From a virus, in IMG/VR virus record IMGVR_UViG_3300032309_000911, positions 1-64,000 of that record: a stretch of DNA of 64,000 nt, one strand, 5' to 3'. The notes beneath the pieces were generated by a model that had not been told where the DNA came from, did no database searches, and saw only the letters and a list, made by a program, of their open reading frames with translations. Positions 38,601 to 48,227 of this stretch are shown in pieces. Positions within the stretch are counted from its first letter, which is position 1. The number at the start of each line of letters is the position of its first letter. A program made the translations under genes and the position numbers.

Positions 38601-41600
38601 ATATAACTGAATATACTTCTGATACTACAGGCAAAACATATAAATTGAGAGATTGTTTAGATTTTAGACCGAGAGTTGATGACGCATCAACAATAACAAG
38701 TTCAGGACAAGATAGACAATATAGCGGAACAGGAGCTTCAACTATAGATATAGTTCAATTTGGTTCTGATGTTAGTACCGATTTAGAATATTATTTGCCA
38801 AGAATAGATAAAGTATTTTTAGATAAAGATGGAAATTTAAAAATAGTAAAAGGTTCTAGTTCTTTAAATCCTCAAGTACCTAAAGGTCTTGAAAATGCTA
38901 TGCACCTTTACACTATATTTTTAAATGCTTATACTTTAAGTACTTCAGATTTAAAAATCAAAAAAATAGATAATAAACGATATACTATGAGAGATATTGG
39001 TGCTTTAGAAAAAAGAATTTCTAATGTTGAATATTACACACAATTATCTTTATTGGAAGCAAATGCTCAATCATTACAAATACAAGATGCTGAAGGATTT
39101 GACAGATTCAAAAATGGATTTATTGTAGATAATTTTACAGGTCATGGTATAGGAGATGTAGGAAATTTAGATTACAAATGTTCTATGGATATGGCAGGTG
39201 GATATGTAAGGCCTATGTTTAATTCTGAATCGGTACAATTAACAGAAGCTACTAACGAAGGAAATACTACAGTTACAAACACTAACAGATCATCAGCTAA
39301 TTATCAAAAAACAGGAGATTTAATTACTCTACCTTATACAGAAACAACTTTAATAAATCAACCTTATGCTAGCAAATATATTAATGTAAATCCTTTTAAC
39401 GTATTTACATGGGCAGGTTCTGTTACACTTGATCCTCCAGGAGATGAATGGAAAGAAACTAACAGAGCGCCTGATTTAATAATAAATGAACAAGGCGGTT
39501 TCGATACTATGGTTTCTAATCTAGGAAATCCTAATTTAGAAAGTGTTGAAATTGATACTGTATGGAATGAATGGCAAGATTTCTGGCAAGGAACTCCTTC
39601 AGAATCTACAGAACAAACTAATTCATATATAGGAAGAGTTGGAGGAACAACTGTTAGATTTGGTGATTTTACAACTACTACAGCACAACAAATTTCTCAA
39701 ACAAGAACAGGTATCAGATCAGCTATAGTTCCTCAAGTTGTAAGAACATCTTTAGGAGATAAAATAGTTAATATTGCATTTATACCTTTTATTAGAAGTA
39801 GAACTATCAATTTTACAGCTACTAGATTAAAACCAAATACAAGATTGTATCCTTTCTTTGATAATATTTCTATTACGCCTTATGTTACGCCTACAGGTGG
39901 TTCATTAGGTGGAAATTTAGTAACGGATTCTAATGGTGCAGTATCAGGAACTTTTATCATACCTGATGCAACTGTAAATTCTAATCCTAGATGGAGAACA
40001 GGTCAAAGATTATTCAGATTAACAAGTTCATCTACAAATTCTTCTTCAGATGTTGAAACTTCAGCTGAAGCAGATTATATAGCTAAAGGTTCTTTAGAAA
40101 CAGTACAAAACACAATTGTGTCAACGAGAGAACCTCAATTAGTTAGACAAACTGTTAGCGATACTAGAAATATTACTAGAACATCTACAAGAACAACAAC
40201 AGAAGTTATACAATGGATTGATCCAATAGCTCAAACTTTCTTAGTTGATGATACAGGTGGTGTATTTGTAACATCTATTGAAACATATTTTCAATCAAAA
40301 GATTCTAATATTCCAGTTACATTACAAATTAGAGAAGTTATAAATGGAACTCCATCAAGAACAATTGTTCCTTTTGGTGAGGTTGTATTAAATCCTAGTC
40401 AAGTAAGTATTAGTGATGATGCTACGGTTTCTACTAAATTTAGTTTTCCTTCTCCTGTTTACTTACAAGAAAAAACTGAATATGCTTTTTGTCTATTAAG
40501 TAATTGTAATAACTATAATGCTTTTGTTGCAAGATTAGGAGATACACAAATAGGATCAGATAGAACAATATCTCAAAACCCTTATGCAGGTGTTTTATTT
40601 AAATCTCAAAACGGTTCTACTTGGACACCAGAACAGATGGAAGATATTAAATTTAAAATTAATAGAGCTGAATTTGAAAATGCAACTGGTACTGTTACTT
40701 TAGTAAATGATATTTTACCTACAAGAACACTGCCTACTAATTCTTTAAGAACAACAAATAGTTCAGGTGTAATTAGAGTATTCCATAAAAATCACGGTAT
40801 GCACGGCACATCAAACAATGTTACTATTGCAGGAGTTGCTGCTGGCACTTATAATGGTATCACTCACACACAAATTAATGGAACATACACAAGTATTTCT
40901 AATGTAACTTTAGACAGTTATGATATTACAACGGTTGGAACTGCAACTGCTACAGGAGATATTGGCGGTTCAACAGTTACAGTTACTCAAAATAGATTAT
41001 TTGATGTTGCTTGTTTAAATTTATCAACATTAACAGTTCCAGGAACAACTATAAATTATACTATGAGAACAACTACTGGTAAATCAATACATGGTACAGA
41101 AACAGAATTCAATTTAGCTGCTGCTTCTGACTTTATAAATGTAAATACAGGAGACAACATTTACTTTACATCTCCTCAATTAGTTGCAAGTTCTATAAAT
41201 GAAACAAATGAAATGGCAGGAAATAAATCTTTGTTTGTTAATCTAACTTTAACTACATCTAACACTAAACTTTCTCCTGTGTTAGATACTAAACGTATTA
41301 GTATGGTTGCTGTGCAAAATAGATTAAATAATCCAACATCAGGAAATACACCAAATTATATTTCAGACACAGCTTCAACAGGAACATCATCAGCTGCCGT
41401 TTATTTAACACGATCTGTAGTTTTAGAAAATGCTTCTACATCATTAGACGTTAGACTAACTCAAAATGTTAGATCAAGTTCTTCTGTTAAAGTTTATTAC
41501 AGAACAACAAGTGCTTCTGAAGTTAGAAATATAAATGATTTATCTTGGGTTCCATTTAATATAGATGGTGGTGAAGATATTTCTGTAACGCCTTCGGAAG

Positions 41601-41746
41601 ATGATTTTACGTTTAAAGAATACAAATATTCAGTAACAGGAATTAAAGAATTTACAGCATTTCAAATTAAAATAGTTATGAAAGGGTCGATTTCTTCTTA
41701 TCCTCCAATTATAAGAGATTTAAGAGGAATCGCTTTAGCGGCTTAA
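35663..41746 (+). CDS. large VrlC-like (DUF4815-type) virion structural protein
   Basis: NLSPYFDDY...FHRILYRPSFAVQARELTQSQSILQNQI, APGAHRFKI, RRTYDESGDY, RFKNGFIVDNF, DPIAQTF, IIRDLRGIALA. Confidence 0.8.
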   Translation: MPSPTDFNLSPYFDDYNESKKFHRILYRPSFAVQARELTQSQSILQNQIERVSDHLFEKGTMVIPGEIGFDLNYYAVKLTSKTYSSISDYIGKQLTGVTSGVIGICVNAVANDGTDPDTLYVKYNKTGTNNTSVAFSNGETINATAIGSVTVLASAVVNSTATGSAANIAEGVYYINGFHVSVTEQTLILDKYTNTPSYRVGLTITESFITPNDDVSLVDNAQGSSNANAPGAHRFKIDLTLAKRTLTSTDDSNFVELLRLSNGIRLNQVTRTNYAVLEDNMARRTYDESGDYTVRDFDLDIREHIVDGNNRGIYTLAQGGNPAKLAIGVGPGKAYVKGYEIETIGTTFIDSDKARDYDSENNFNTRFDVENYVNVTNVYGTPDIGFVSSDVEAFKNVNLYDTATSSRGTEQSTTGVTVPQIGRAKSKGFELNSGTASSNIFASSSLTNAVYKHYLFDIEMFTHLNIKTAVDFTDGEKVTGGTSGAYGYVQSLDSTKSSAVTSISVANPGVVTLSSHSFKEGQQITLTGGSFSIDSVAYSSGTVFTVKNPTTNTFQLYNSAGTSTVNVTAYSSAPTAAHGVVVLNNVTGIFVAGETITGNTSSLTAVIQDNRYGFNGVQTFDFTSVKQIGMSGSPTYTSDVSTDSTYGDNYTLFGSLSVANSGTTVTGFGTLFSAELRVGDSITFTTDAGSSITRIIESISSNTSLQLLTAVGGSDVSTKTIAVRKRGKLQGSNKNISIFELPYSVIKTLKTTANGGITDTNFKVRRHFTTTLSSGSATITAGTNEIFSSLTEKDFSVSIMSIGSATAGAVGDVLSLSGNNHNGSAIFTLGGSPTGKTLTLNFGTNYSNAKIKILATVNRSVAGSKTKTLNANSTKQVSSQSEIESGIISLGKADIYVINNIYMSANFSTNATTSDTNVTARFILDNGQRDNFYDIGRIKLKTGAITPTGRLLIDFDYYSHGSGDYFDVDSYSGSSDYENITEYTSDTTGKTYKLRDCLDFRPRVDDASTITSSGQDRQYSGTGASTIDIVQFGSDVSTDLEYYLPRIDKVFLDKDGNLKIVKGSSSLNPQVPKGLENAMHLYTIFLNAYTLSTSDLKIKKIDNKRYTMRDIGALEKRISNVEYYTQLSLLEANAQSLQIQDAEGFDRFKNGFIVDNFTGHGIGDVGNLDYKCSMDMAGGYVRPMFNSESVQLTEATNEGNTTVTNTNRSSANYQKTGDLITLPYTETTLINQPYASKYINVNPFNVFTWAGSVTLDPPGDEWKETNRAPDLIINEQGGFDTMVSNLGNPNLESVEIDTVWNEWQDFWQGTPSESTEQTNSYIGRVGGTTVRFGDFTTTTAQQISQTRTGIRSAIVPQVVRTSLGDKIVNIAFIPFIRSRTINFTATRLKPNTRLYPFFDNISITPYVTPTGGSLGGNLVTDSNGAVSGTFIIPDATVNSNPRWRTGQRLFRLTSSSTNSSSDVETSAEADYIAKGSLETVQNTIVSTREPQLVRQTVSDTRNITRTSTRTTTEVIQWIDPIAQTFLVDDTGGVFVTSIETYFQSKDSNIPVTLQIREVINGTPSRTIVPFGEVVLNPSQVSISDDATVSTKFSFPSPVYLQEKTEYAFCLLSNCNNYNAFVARLGDTQIGSDRTISQNPYAGVLFKSQNGSTWTPEQMEDIKFKINRAEFENATGTVTLVNDILPTRTLPTNSLRTTNSSGVIRVFHKNHGMHGTSNNVTIAGVAAGTYNGITHTQINGTYTSISNVTLDSYDITTVGTATATGDIGGSTVTVTQNRLFDVACLNLSTLTVPGTTINYTMRTTTGKSIHGTETEFNLAAASDFINVNTGDNIYFTSPQLVASSINETNEMAGNKSLFVNLTLTTSNTKLSPVLDTKRISMVAVQNRLNNPTSGNTPNYISDTASTGTSSAAVYLTRSVVLENASTSLDVRLTQNVRSSSSVKVYYRTTSASEVRNINDLSWVPFNIDGGEDISVTPSEDDFTFKEYKYSVTGIKEFTAFQIKIVMKGSISSYPPIIRDLRGIALAA

Positions 41747-41747
41747 T

Positions 41748-41966
41748 ATGAAATTAAAAGTTCAAGGTTATGATTCTTTGGTTAGAGACACAAATTCTAA
41801 CGCTATTATTAATACAAATAGAAAAGAATACGAATTGTATATGAATAGAATAAAAGCTCGTGAAAAACAAAGTGATGAAATAAGAACTGCGGTTAAAGAA
41901 ATAAATACTTTAAAAACAGAATTACAAGATATTAAAAATTTATTAAAAGAGGTTTTAAAAAAATAA
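41748..41966 (+). CDS. small conserved coiled-coil protein
   Basis: KVQGYDSLVRDTNSNAIIN motif, typical downstream of VrlC-like genes. Confidence 0.7.
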   Translation: MKLKVQGYDSLVRDTNSNAIINTNRKEYELYMNRIKAREKQSDEIRTAVKEINTLKTELQDIKNLLKEVLKK

Positions 41967-41969
41967 CAA

Positions 41970-43331
41970 ATGGCTTATACTATAATAAACACCACTGATA
42001 CACTAGAACAGATGCGAGTTAAGTTAAATAACTTGACTACTAATGATTTTGGTGATCCTTCAATTTTAGCTGGTGCAGGTATTACATCAACATCTATTAC
42101 AGGTGCTGTCGTAGAATTAGCTAATGTTGCATATTCTCAAGCTGGTTTTCGTATTGAAGATTCTACTTCTTCTTTTCAACAAATTGGTGCTGGTCAAACT
42201 TTAAGAGTTTTAGGAACATCAAATCAAATTAATGCTGTTGTAAGTGCTACAGATACTTTAACAATAAGTTTACCTAGTAACGTAACTATACCTAATAATT
42301 TAACAGCTAATGGTACATTGCACACATTGGGTACAATAGAAATTAGTGGAAATAATATTAGATCAACAGATTCTACAACTGTTAGAATTAATGATTCTTT
42401 AAATGTAAACGGTAGTATTTCAGCAACTTCTGTATCATCAACAGGCGCTGTTTCTGGTACAACTATAACAGGAACAGGTGCGGTTTCTGGTACAACTATT
42501 ACAGGTTCTTCAACAATACAAGGTACAGATTTAGTATTAACTTCAGGTGGAATAACTTTTGAAGGAGCAACCGATAACACATTTGAAACTACACTAGCGA
42601 TTACAGATCCAACGCAAGACAGAACAATTACAGTACCAAATATAACAGGTACTATTGTTACAACAGGAGATACAGGTACAGTTACTAGTACAATGATTGC
42701 TGATGGTACAATTGTAAATGCGGATATTGCTGATGGAACAATTAGAGGTGCCAAATTAAATGTATCTTCAGATAGTGTAACTTTTGCTAACGTAACTGCT
42801 ACTAATTTTACAGGAACAGCTTCAATAGCAACAACAGTTACTTTAAATGCGAATAATACGAATAATGAAACGGTTTATTTAACATTTTCAGATACCGCTA
42901 CAGGTAATCAAACTTTAGAAACGGATACAAGTTTATCTTATAATCCTTCAACAAATATATTATCTACAACAGCTACTCAAGCACAATATGCCGATTTAGC
43001 TGAGATTTATGATACAGATAAAAATTATGATATAGGTACAGTAGTTATGGTTGGCGGAAATAAAGAAGTTACAGAATGTTTTGTAGGTAAAAGAGCACTA
43101 GGTGTCATATCAGATAGACCTGCTTTTTTAATGAACTCTAAAGCAAAAGGTCAACCAGTTGCATTAAAAGGACGTGTTAAAGTAAAAGTTACAGGCGATG
43201 TTAAAAAAGGCGATGAATTAGTTGCAGGTAATGGTGGTTTTGCCACAACAATAAGTGAAGAATTTACAAAAGTATTTGCAATTGCTTTGGAAGATAATGA
43301 TAAAGGACTTATCGAGGCAATTATACTATAA
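41970..43331 (+). CDS. tail fibre/structural protein with a C-terminal autocleaving chaperone-like domain
   Basis: DTLEQMRVKLN N-terminus, Thr/Ser-rich shaft, AQYADLAEIY...GTVVMVGG...VALKGRVKVKV.G.VKKGDELV. Confidence 0.7.
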   Translation: MAYTIINTTDTLEQMRVKLNNLTTNDFGDPSILAGAGITSTSITGAVVELANVAYSQAGFRIEDSTSSFQQIGAGQTLRVLGTSNQINAVVSATDTLTISLPSNVTIPNNLTANGTLHTLGTIEISGNNIRSTDSTTVRINDSLNVNGSISATSVSSTGAVSGTTITGTGAVSGTTITGSSTIQGTDLVLTSGGITFEGATDNTFETTLAITDPTQDRTITVPNITGTIVTTGDTGTVTSTMIADGTIVNADIADGTIRGAKLNVSSDSVTFANVTATNFTGTASIATTVTLNANNTNNETVYLTFSDTATGNQTLETDTSLSYNPSTNILSTTATQAQYADLAEIYDTDKNYDIGTVVMVGGNKEVTECFVGKRALGVISDRPAFLMNSKAKGQPVALKGRVKVKVTGDVKKGDELVAGNGGFATTISEEFTKVFAIALEDNDKGLIEAIIL

Positions 43332-43336
43332 TCCTG

Positions 43337-43354
43337 CTGTAATAAATATTACAG
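43337..43354 (+). promoter_or_regulatory. late-promoter-like AATAAATA embedded in a perfect hairpin in front of the radical SAM cassette
   Basis: CTGTAATA-AA-TATTACAG, ending 1 nt before the ATG at 43356. Confidence 0.45.
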
Positions 43355-43355
43355 T

Positions 43356-43802
43356 ATGATTGATGCTTTAAATGATGAATTAATATCTTTCACAAGATAC
43401 GAAAATAATCAAATAATCTATATAGACAAAAACGGCAAAGATTACAAAGTTAAAGATGAAATAACTTATGGTAATTGGATTAAAAATTATAAAAATATTC
43501 CACATATAAAAGTTGAAGGATTAGAAGATAATAATTATCATCTTCAATTATTAAAACAATACAATTTGAATTTTAAAATGAAAAATGTGCACCTTTTTTA
43601 TAATCAGTTTGGCGGGTTTTCTTTTCCTGAACATTCAGATGATATAGATGTATTATTGTGTGTTATTAAAGGTGGTAAAAAAGTATATACGGATAATTAT
43701 CCTGTTTTGGTGAAAGAAGGACAAGCAATATCTATACCTAAAGGTGTCAAACATAGAGTTGAAAGTTTACCGTTTACTTGGGCATTAAGTATAGGATATT
43801 AA
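43356..43802 (+). CDS. cupin/JmjC-like Fe(II) oxygenase
   Basis: FPEHSDDIDVLL (HxD) ... IPKGVKHRVES (distal His). Confidence 0.7.
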   Translation: MIDALNDELISFTRYENNQIIYIDKNGKDYKVKDEITYGNWIKNYKNIPHIKVEGLEDNNYHLQLLKQYNLNFKMKNVHLFYNQFGGFSFPEHSDDIDVLLCVIKGGKKVYTDNYPVLVKEGQAISIPKGVKHRVESLPFTWALSIGY

Positions 43803-43818
43803 GTATAGGATATAAAGA

Positions 43819-44856
43819 ATGAATTGGATGTTTTATATAAAGACAACTGAAACTTGTCAATTAAATTGCAAACATTGTTTCACTAGTGGTATTAATGGTA
43901 AAAAAATTTATTTTGATTATTTTAAAACAATAGATTTTATAAAAAGATTCAGACAATATTTTGATAGTAACGAAGATTCTATTCATTTTGAATTTCATGG
44001 GGGTGAACCTTTTTTAGCACCAGTATCTCACATGCAAAAAGTATATGATGAATGTAAAGATTTATGGAAAAATAGTACTTTTGGTATTACAACAAATTTA
44101 GTATTTAAATTAAAAGAAGAACACTATGAATTTATTAAGGGGCCTTTAAATAATCGTTTAGGTACAAGTTGGGATCCTAAAATAAGATTTGAAAATGATG
44201 CACAATATAATCTGTGGGAAAAAAACGTAAAAGATTTATTAAATAAAGGCGTTACAATAAAATTGTTTATCAGCGTAACTAAAGATACTATTAATATAGA
44301 ACCTATTAAACTATTAAAATGGATAAAACAATTAGGAGTACAAGAAATTTCTTTTGAAAGACTAACAGGTAATGGAAATGCAAAATTGCATCCTGAAATA
44401 TTCCCTGATAACATAGAACAGGATAAATGGTTTTTAAAAATGCACCATCAATCAAAAGAAAATAATTGTAGAAGTTGGTTTGATAATGAAACATTAGAAG
44501 TTATATACAGTAAGTTTGAAACAGGTTTTTTAAAAGGTGGTACTTTCTGTAGAGATTGTGAACAAAAGATTTTTACATTAAATGCTGATGGTACAATATC
44601 AGGTTGTCCAAATGCGGCGCCAGAGTTTCAATTTGGACACATAAATGACGATATTAAAAGTCTTATAAATAGTCCCAAAAGAATAGAAAACATCGCTTGT
44701 GAACGTGCAAGAAATCCTTTATGTTTTTCTTGTGAGGTTTTTGAGTTTTGTGGAGGTGATTGCCACCAACTTGCTTGGCAAGGTGATATATGTGGTGCAC
44801 CAAAAAGTTTAATGAAAGAGTTAAAATTAGGTATAAAATATGGTAACATTAACTAA
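43819..44856 (+). CDS. radical SAM/SPASM-domain enzyme 1
   Basis: TETCQLNCKHCF (CxxxCxxC), FHGGEPFL, C-terminal CRDC...GCP...CFSCEVFEFCGGDC...C. Confidence 0.92.
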   Translation: MNWMFYIKTTETCQLNCKHCFTSGINGKKIYFDYFKTIDFIKRFRQYFDSNEDSIHFEFHGGEPFLAPVSHMQKVYDECKDLWKNSTFGITTNLVFKLKEEHYEFIKGPLNNRLGTSWDPKIRFENDAQYNLWEKNVKDLLNKGVTIKLFISVTKDTINIEPIKLLKWIKQLGVQEISFERLTGNGNAKLHPEIFPDNIEQDKWFLKMHHQSKENNCRSWFDNETLEVIYSKFETGFLKGGTFCRDCEQKIFTLNADGTISGCPNAAPEFQFGHINDDIKSLINSPKRIENIACERARNPLCFSCEVFEFCGGDCHQLAWQGDICGAPKSLMKELKLGIKYGNIN

Positions 44857-45412
44857 TCCAGTTACGCCGCAAAATATAGTAGATAGATTTAAAGATTTGG
44901 TTACAGATGTAGCTAATACAAGTATAATTTGGGGAACAGATAATAAACCATTTTCAGAAATGCCAGATGCTAATTACGCTGGTACAATATCAGGAACTAC
45001 TATTAATGTTACTGGTTCTAATATTGCTATTACAGGAGATTTAATAACAGCTTCTACAATTAAATCTGTATTAGAAACAGAAACAGCTCTATATACAAAT
45101 ATTAGACAACAAAGAGCTATACTAAATGTAACAGGTGGTGGAGGAAATACAGGATCGAGACCGACTCCAGGAATAATTTATGATCAAACAAATGTAGCTA
45201 ATTTATCTGTAGATAATAGAGCATCGTTAGGATCCATTTCTAGTTCAAATGTAGATGCGGGACAAATAATAGACGATTTAAATTTAGAGACATATTTTGG
45301 AAATTTAGCAACGGCTTATGATGCTGTTAGAACTACGGCCGTAACACAACAAATAGATGTATGTCATGCTAGTTGTCATAGTTCATGTCATGGATCAAGA
45401 GGAAGAAGATAA
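44840..45412 (+). CDS. virion-like protein with C-terminal (C-H-x-S)3 tail; putative substrate/precursor of the radical SAM cassette
   Basis: Thr/Ser/Asn-rich, Cys/His-free body ending in VCHASCHSSCHGSRGRR*. Confidence 0.7.
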   Translation: MVTLTNPVTPQNIVDRFKDLVTDVANTSIIWGTDNKPFSEMPDANYAGTISGTTINVTGSNIAITGDLITASTIKSVLETETALYTNIRQQRAILNVTGGGGNTGSRPTPGIIYDQTNVANLSVDNRASLGSISSSNVDAGQIIDDLNLETYFGNLATAYDAVRTTAVTQQIDVCHASCHSSCHGSRGRR

Positions 45413-46104
45413 TGAATATAATTGAAACAATAGTTCCAATATCGATAGATAATTTAAAAAAACATTTTACGGACAAAGAAACATTTTATTTAATTGATTA
45501 TAAAAATAGTGAATTGAAAGGTAAAAAATTATTAACATATTTAAGTAATTTAGACTTACCTTCCGATATCAAAGAGCCTGATTTGGAATTAATAAAAGAA
45601 TATTTGCATAGCATTACTTTAGTTAATATTAATTCATTAGAAAACATTGTTATAGATATTCTTTTAGAATATAAAGGCATTTCTAAAACCAATAAGTATG
45701 AAACATTTATTAAAGAAAATAAAGATATAATTTCTTTATGGTCTGATAAGTTAGACAGTTTAAGTGTATTCAACATGTATATTGTAAATTCTGATGAATT
45801 TAAACAATATGCCAATTCTTTTATAAAAGATGATACTGCAAGTTTAGAAGGTGTTAATTTTGTAAGTTTATTAAAACAAGAAAGATTTTATCTATTCTAC
45901 AATAAACTAAATAGTAATATCAAATTCTATACTCATTATTTTAATGATTATATGTTTAGAGGTAAAAATCTTTATGAATTTTGGGCTACGTCCAAAAATC
46001 CTATGTTTTTATTAACTTGGGGAATAACACAAGGAAAAGGTAAAGATTATATAGAAGCTAAAATTAAAGATAAGGAAATTATAAAAAATGTTGCATTTAT
46101 TTAA
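45412..46104 (+). CDS. hypothetical protein of the radical SAM cassette
   Basis: Likely start MNIIETIVP via TAATG coupling; no recognisable motif. Confidence 0.65.
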   Translation: MNIIETIVPISIDNLKKHFTDKETFYLIDYKNSELKGKKLLTYLSNLDLPSDIKEPDLELIKEYLHSITLVNINSLENIVIDILLEYKGISKTNKYETFIKENKDIISLWSDKLDSLSVFNMYIVNSDEFKQYANSFIKDDTASLEGVNFVSLLKQERFYLFYNKLNSNIKFYTHYFNDYMFRGKNLYEFWATSKNPMFLLTWGITQGKGKDYIEAKIKDKEIIKNVAFI

Positions 46105-47173
46105 TAAAACATATTTAGAATTTGATGATAAAATAGAATTAAATTTTGATCGAGTAATTATTTCAGATGTAAATGGTGTAAATATATTGGATTCTTTAGA
46201 TAAAGTTGTTCAAGGAAAATTATTAAAATATGGTAAAAATTTAGACAATTTTAATTTTGTTAATTTAATAACTGAAATAAATTCTTATGGACAATCATCT
46301 AACAAAAAATTAGTAATATATTGCGATAAGTTAAATTATATTAAATTCGCAACTAAATGGTTAAAAACAATATTGCCAAATTTAGATTTAAATAATTTTT
46401 CAAAATTAATAGAATTAACAATTTATAAAGAAAGAATAATTAGTAATTCTCAAATGCAATCAGTAATACCTGTAAAACAAGATATTTTATGGGAAGGATT
46501 AGGAGATATATCATCTTCATTTAATTCAATAACAGTTTCTAATGAAGATAGACAATCTATAAAAAATTTAAATTTAAAATATTCTTATGAATTTCTTTTA
46601 GCTGATCATTTTAGCGGGTCATCTAATTATACATCTTCACTTACAACAATAGTGCATTTATTTTTGCAAAGATGGTTTAAAGAGTTATTTAAAGATAATA
46701 GAGAAATGGTATTGTTAAATCTTTTAAATAAAAATTTTCAAACAGCATTAAGTTTTACAGAAAGTAATATTGATTTAACTAAATCAAATCCTATAACTGG
46801 AGTTTCTTCTTTACAATTTTATTCTGATGAAAATATTTGGTCTAAAGAAAACTCATGTAAAGTTGAAGGATTAACACAAATACAAATAGATGGTTTACGA
46901 AATTTAGTTAAAAAAATTTACGGTGATGTGGAAGGCATGGAAATAGACAACGCTGTGTTTGGTATGCTTGATTATTTAGAATATGCAGCCAAAACTTCTA
47001 TCACTACAGAAGAATTAAATACTATATTAAATTATGTTGTAACAAATCCATTTGATACTTGTTTAATACCAAAATTTGATTTTCAAAATGTAAACTTTGT
47101 TTTTGTACAACACCTTTTAAATTTAAAGAGAGATAATAACACAGAGGTACTTACAAAGTTTAGATTATTATAG
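46088..47173 (+). CDS. hypothetical protein of the radical SAM cassette
   Basis: 361 aa overlapping ORF; no recognisable motif. Confidence 0.65.
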   Translation: MLHLFNKTYLEFDDKIELNFDRVIISDVNGVNILDSLDKVVQGKLLKYGKNLDNFNFVNLITEINSYGQSSNKKLVIYCDKLNYIKFATKWLKTILPNLDLNNFSKLIELTIYKERIISNSQMQSVIPVKQDILWEGLGDISSSFNSITVSNEDRQSIKNLNLKYSYEFLLADHFSGSSNYTSSLTTIVHLFLQRWFKELFKDNREMVLLNLLNKNFQTALSFTESNIDLTKSNPITGVSSLQFYSDENIWSKENSCKVEGLTQIQIDGLRNLVKKIYGDVEGMEIDNAVFGMLDYLEYAAKTSITTEELNTILNYVVTNPFDTCLIPKFDFQNVNFVFVQHLLNLKRDNNTEVLTKFRLL

Positions 47174-47180
47174 GATTGCA

Positions 47181-48227
47181 ATGCGTGAATTTTTGATTGA
47201 TCCTAAAAGAGATCCTGAACAGGAATATACAATTCATTTATTTGAATTTTGTAATTTAAGTTGTGCTTTCTGTTGGCAAAATCATCAAGATAAAATAGGC
47301 ATAGACACGGTTCTTGATAAATTAGAACCTATTGAAAGATTTGTTAGTAAAGAATATAAAAATAAGATTACTCTTAATTTGATGGGTGGCGAAGTATTTG
47401 CGCCTAGTATTTATACTAAACAATTAAATGAAGCCTATAAACAATTATCTTTAGGCATTCAAAAAATTGCAGACAAATATAACAAACAATGTTCTTTAAA
47501 TTGGGTGTCAAATTTAGTTACTGATAAGTTAGATTTGATTGAAGATTTATTACAATACTCCAAAGACAATCATATTAAAGCACGTTTAACAACATCATAC
47601 GATCCTCGTGGCCGTTTTAATCCAAAACAATTCGAAGTGTTTAAAAAAAATGTAGATTATTTTAAAGATAGAGTAACGTGTTTTTCTTGTTTATTAACTA
47701 AACCAAATATAGAATATTATTTAACTGAGGGTGATGAATATTTTGATTATCTTTATAACAATGGTAAATATATTTACTTTGATTATTATATGCCTGATGA
47801 ACACGCTAAATTTAATATGCCAAGTGATGAATTACTTTTAAAATTCTTTAAACATTGTGTTGACAAATATCCTAATGTGCATCCTGTAAAAGATTGGATT
47901 TTTAATAAAAAAAATTACGCTTCATGTAGAGTTAGTAAATTGGTATTAGCTGATGGAACTTTATGTATGTGTGGCAACTTGGTACAAGACAAAAAATCAT
48001 TAAGTATGTACAAATCGCCTATTAAACGTATGAACAATAATGAAATTGAAAACAAATTTTTAGAAAAATATAATTGTGCTTCTTGTGAGTTTTTGGATAG
48101 GTGTACATTAGGATGTTTTATGAATCACGATTACAAATATAAGGAGGAGCTGAATGAGTGTGTCTATAAACTTACGCACAGATATATCGAAGATGTACGA
48201 GTACAACGAGGATACATCGCTTATTAA
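47181..48227 (+). CDS. radical SAM enzyme 2 with Cys-rich SPASM-like tail
   Basis: FEFCNLSCAFCW, LMGGE, C-terminal CMC...CASCEFLDRCTLGC...C. Confidence 0.9.
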   Translation: MREFLIDPKRDPEQEYTIHLFEFCNLSCAFCWQNHQDKIGIDTVLDKLEPIERFVSKEYKNKITLNLMGGEVFAPSIYTKQLNEAYKQLSLGIQKIADKYNKQCSLNWVSNLVTDKLDLIEDLLQYSKDNHIKARLTTSYDPRGRFNPKQFEVFKKNVDYFKDRVTCFSCLLTKPNIEYYLTEGDEYFDYLYNNGKYIYFDYYMPDEHAKFNMPSDELLLKFFKHCVDKYPNVHPVKDWIFNKKNYASCRVSKLVLADGTLCMCGNLVQDKKSLSMYKSPIKRMNNNEIENKFLEKYNCASCEFLDRCTLGCFMNHDYKYKEELNECVYKLTHRYIEDVRVQRGYIAY

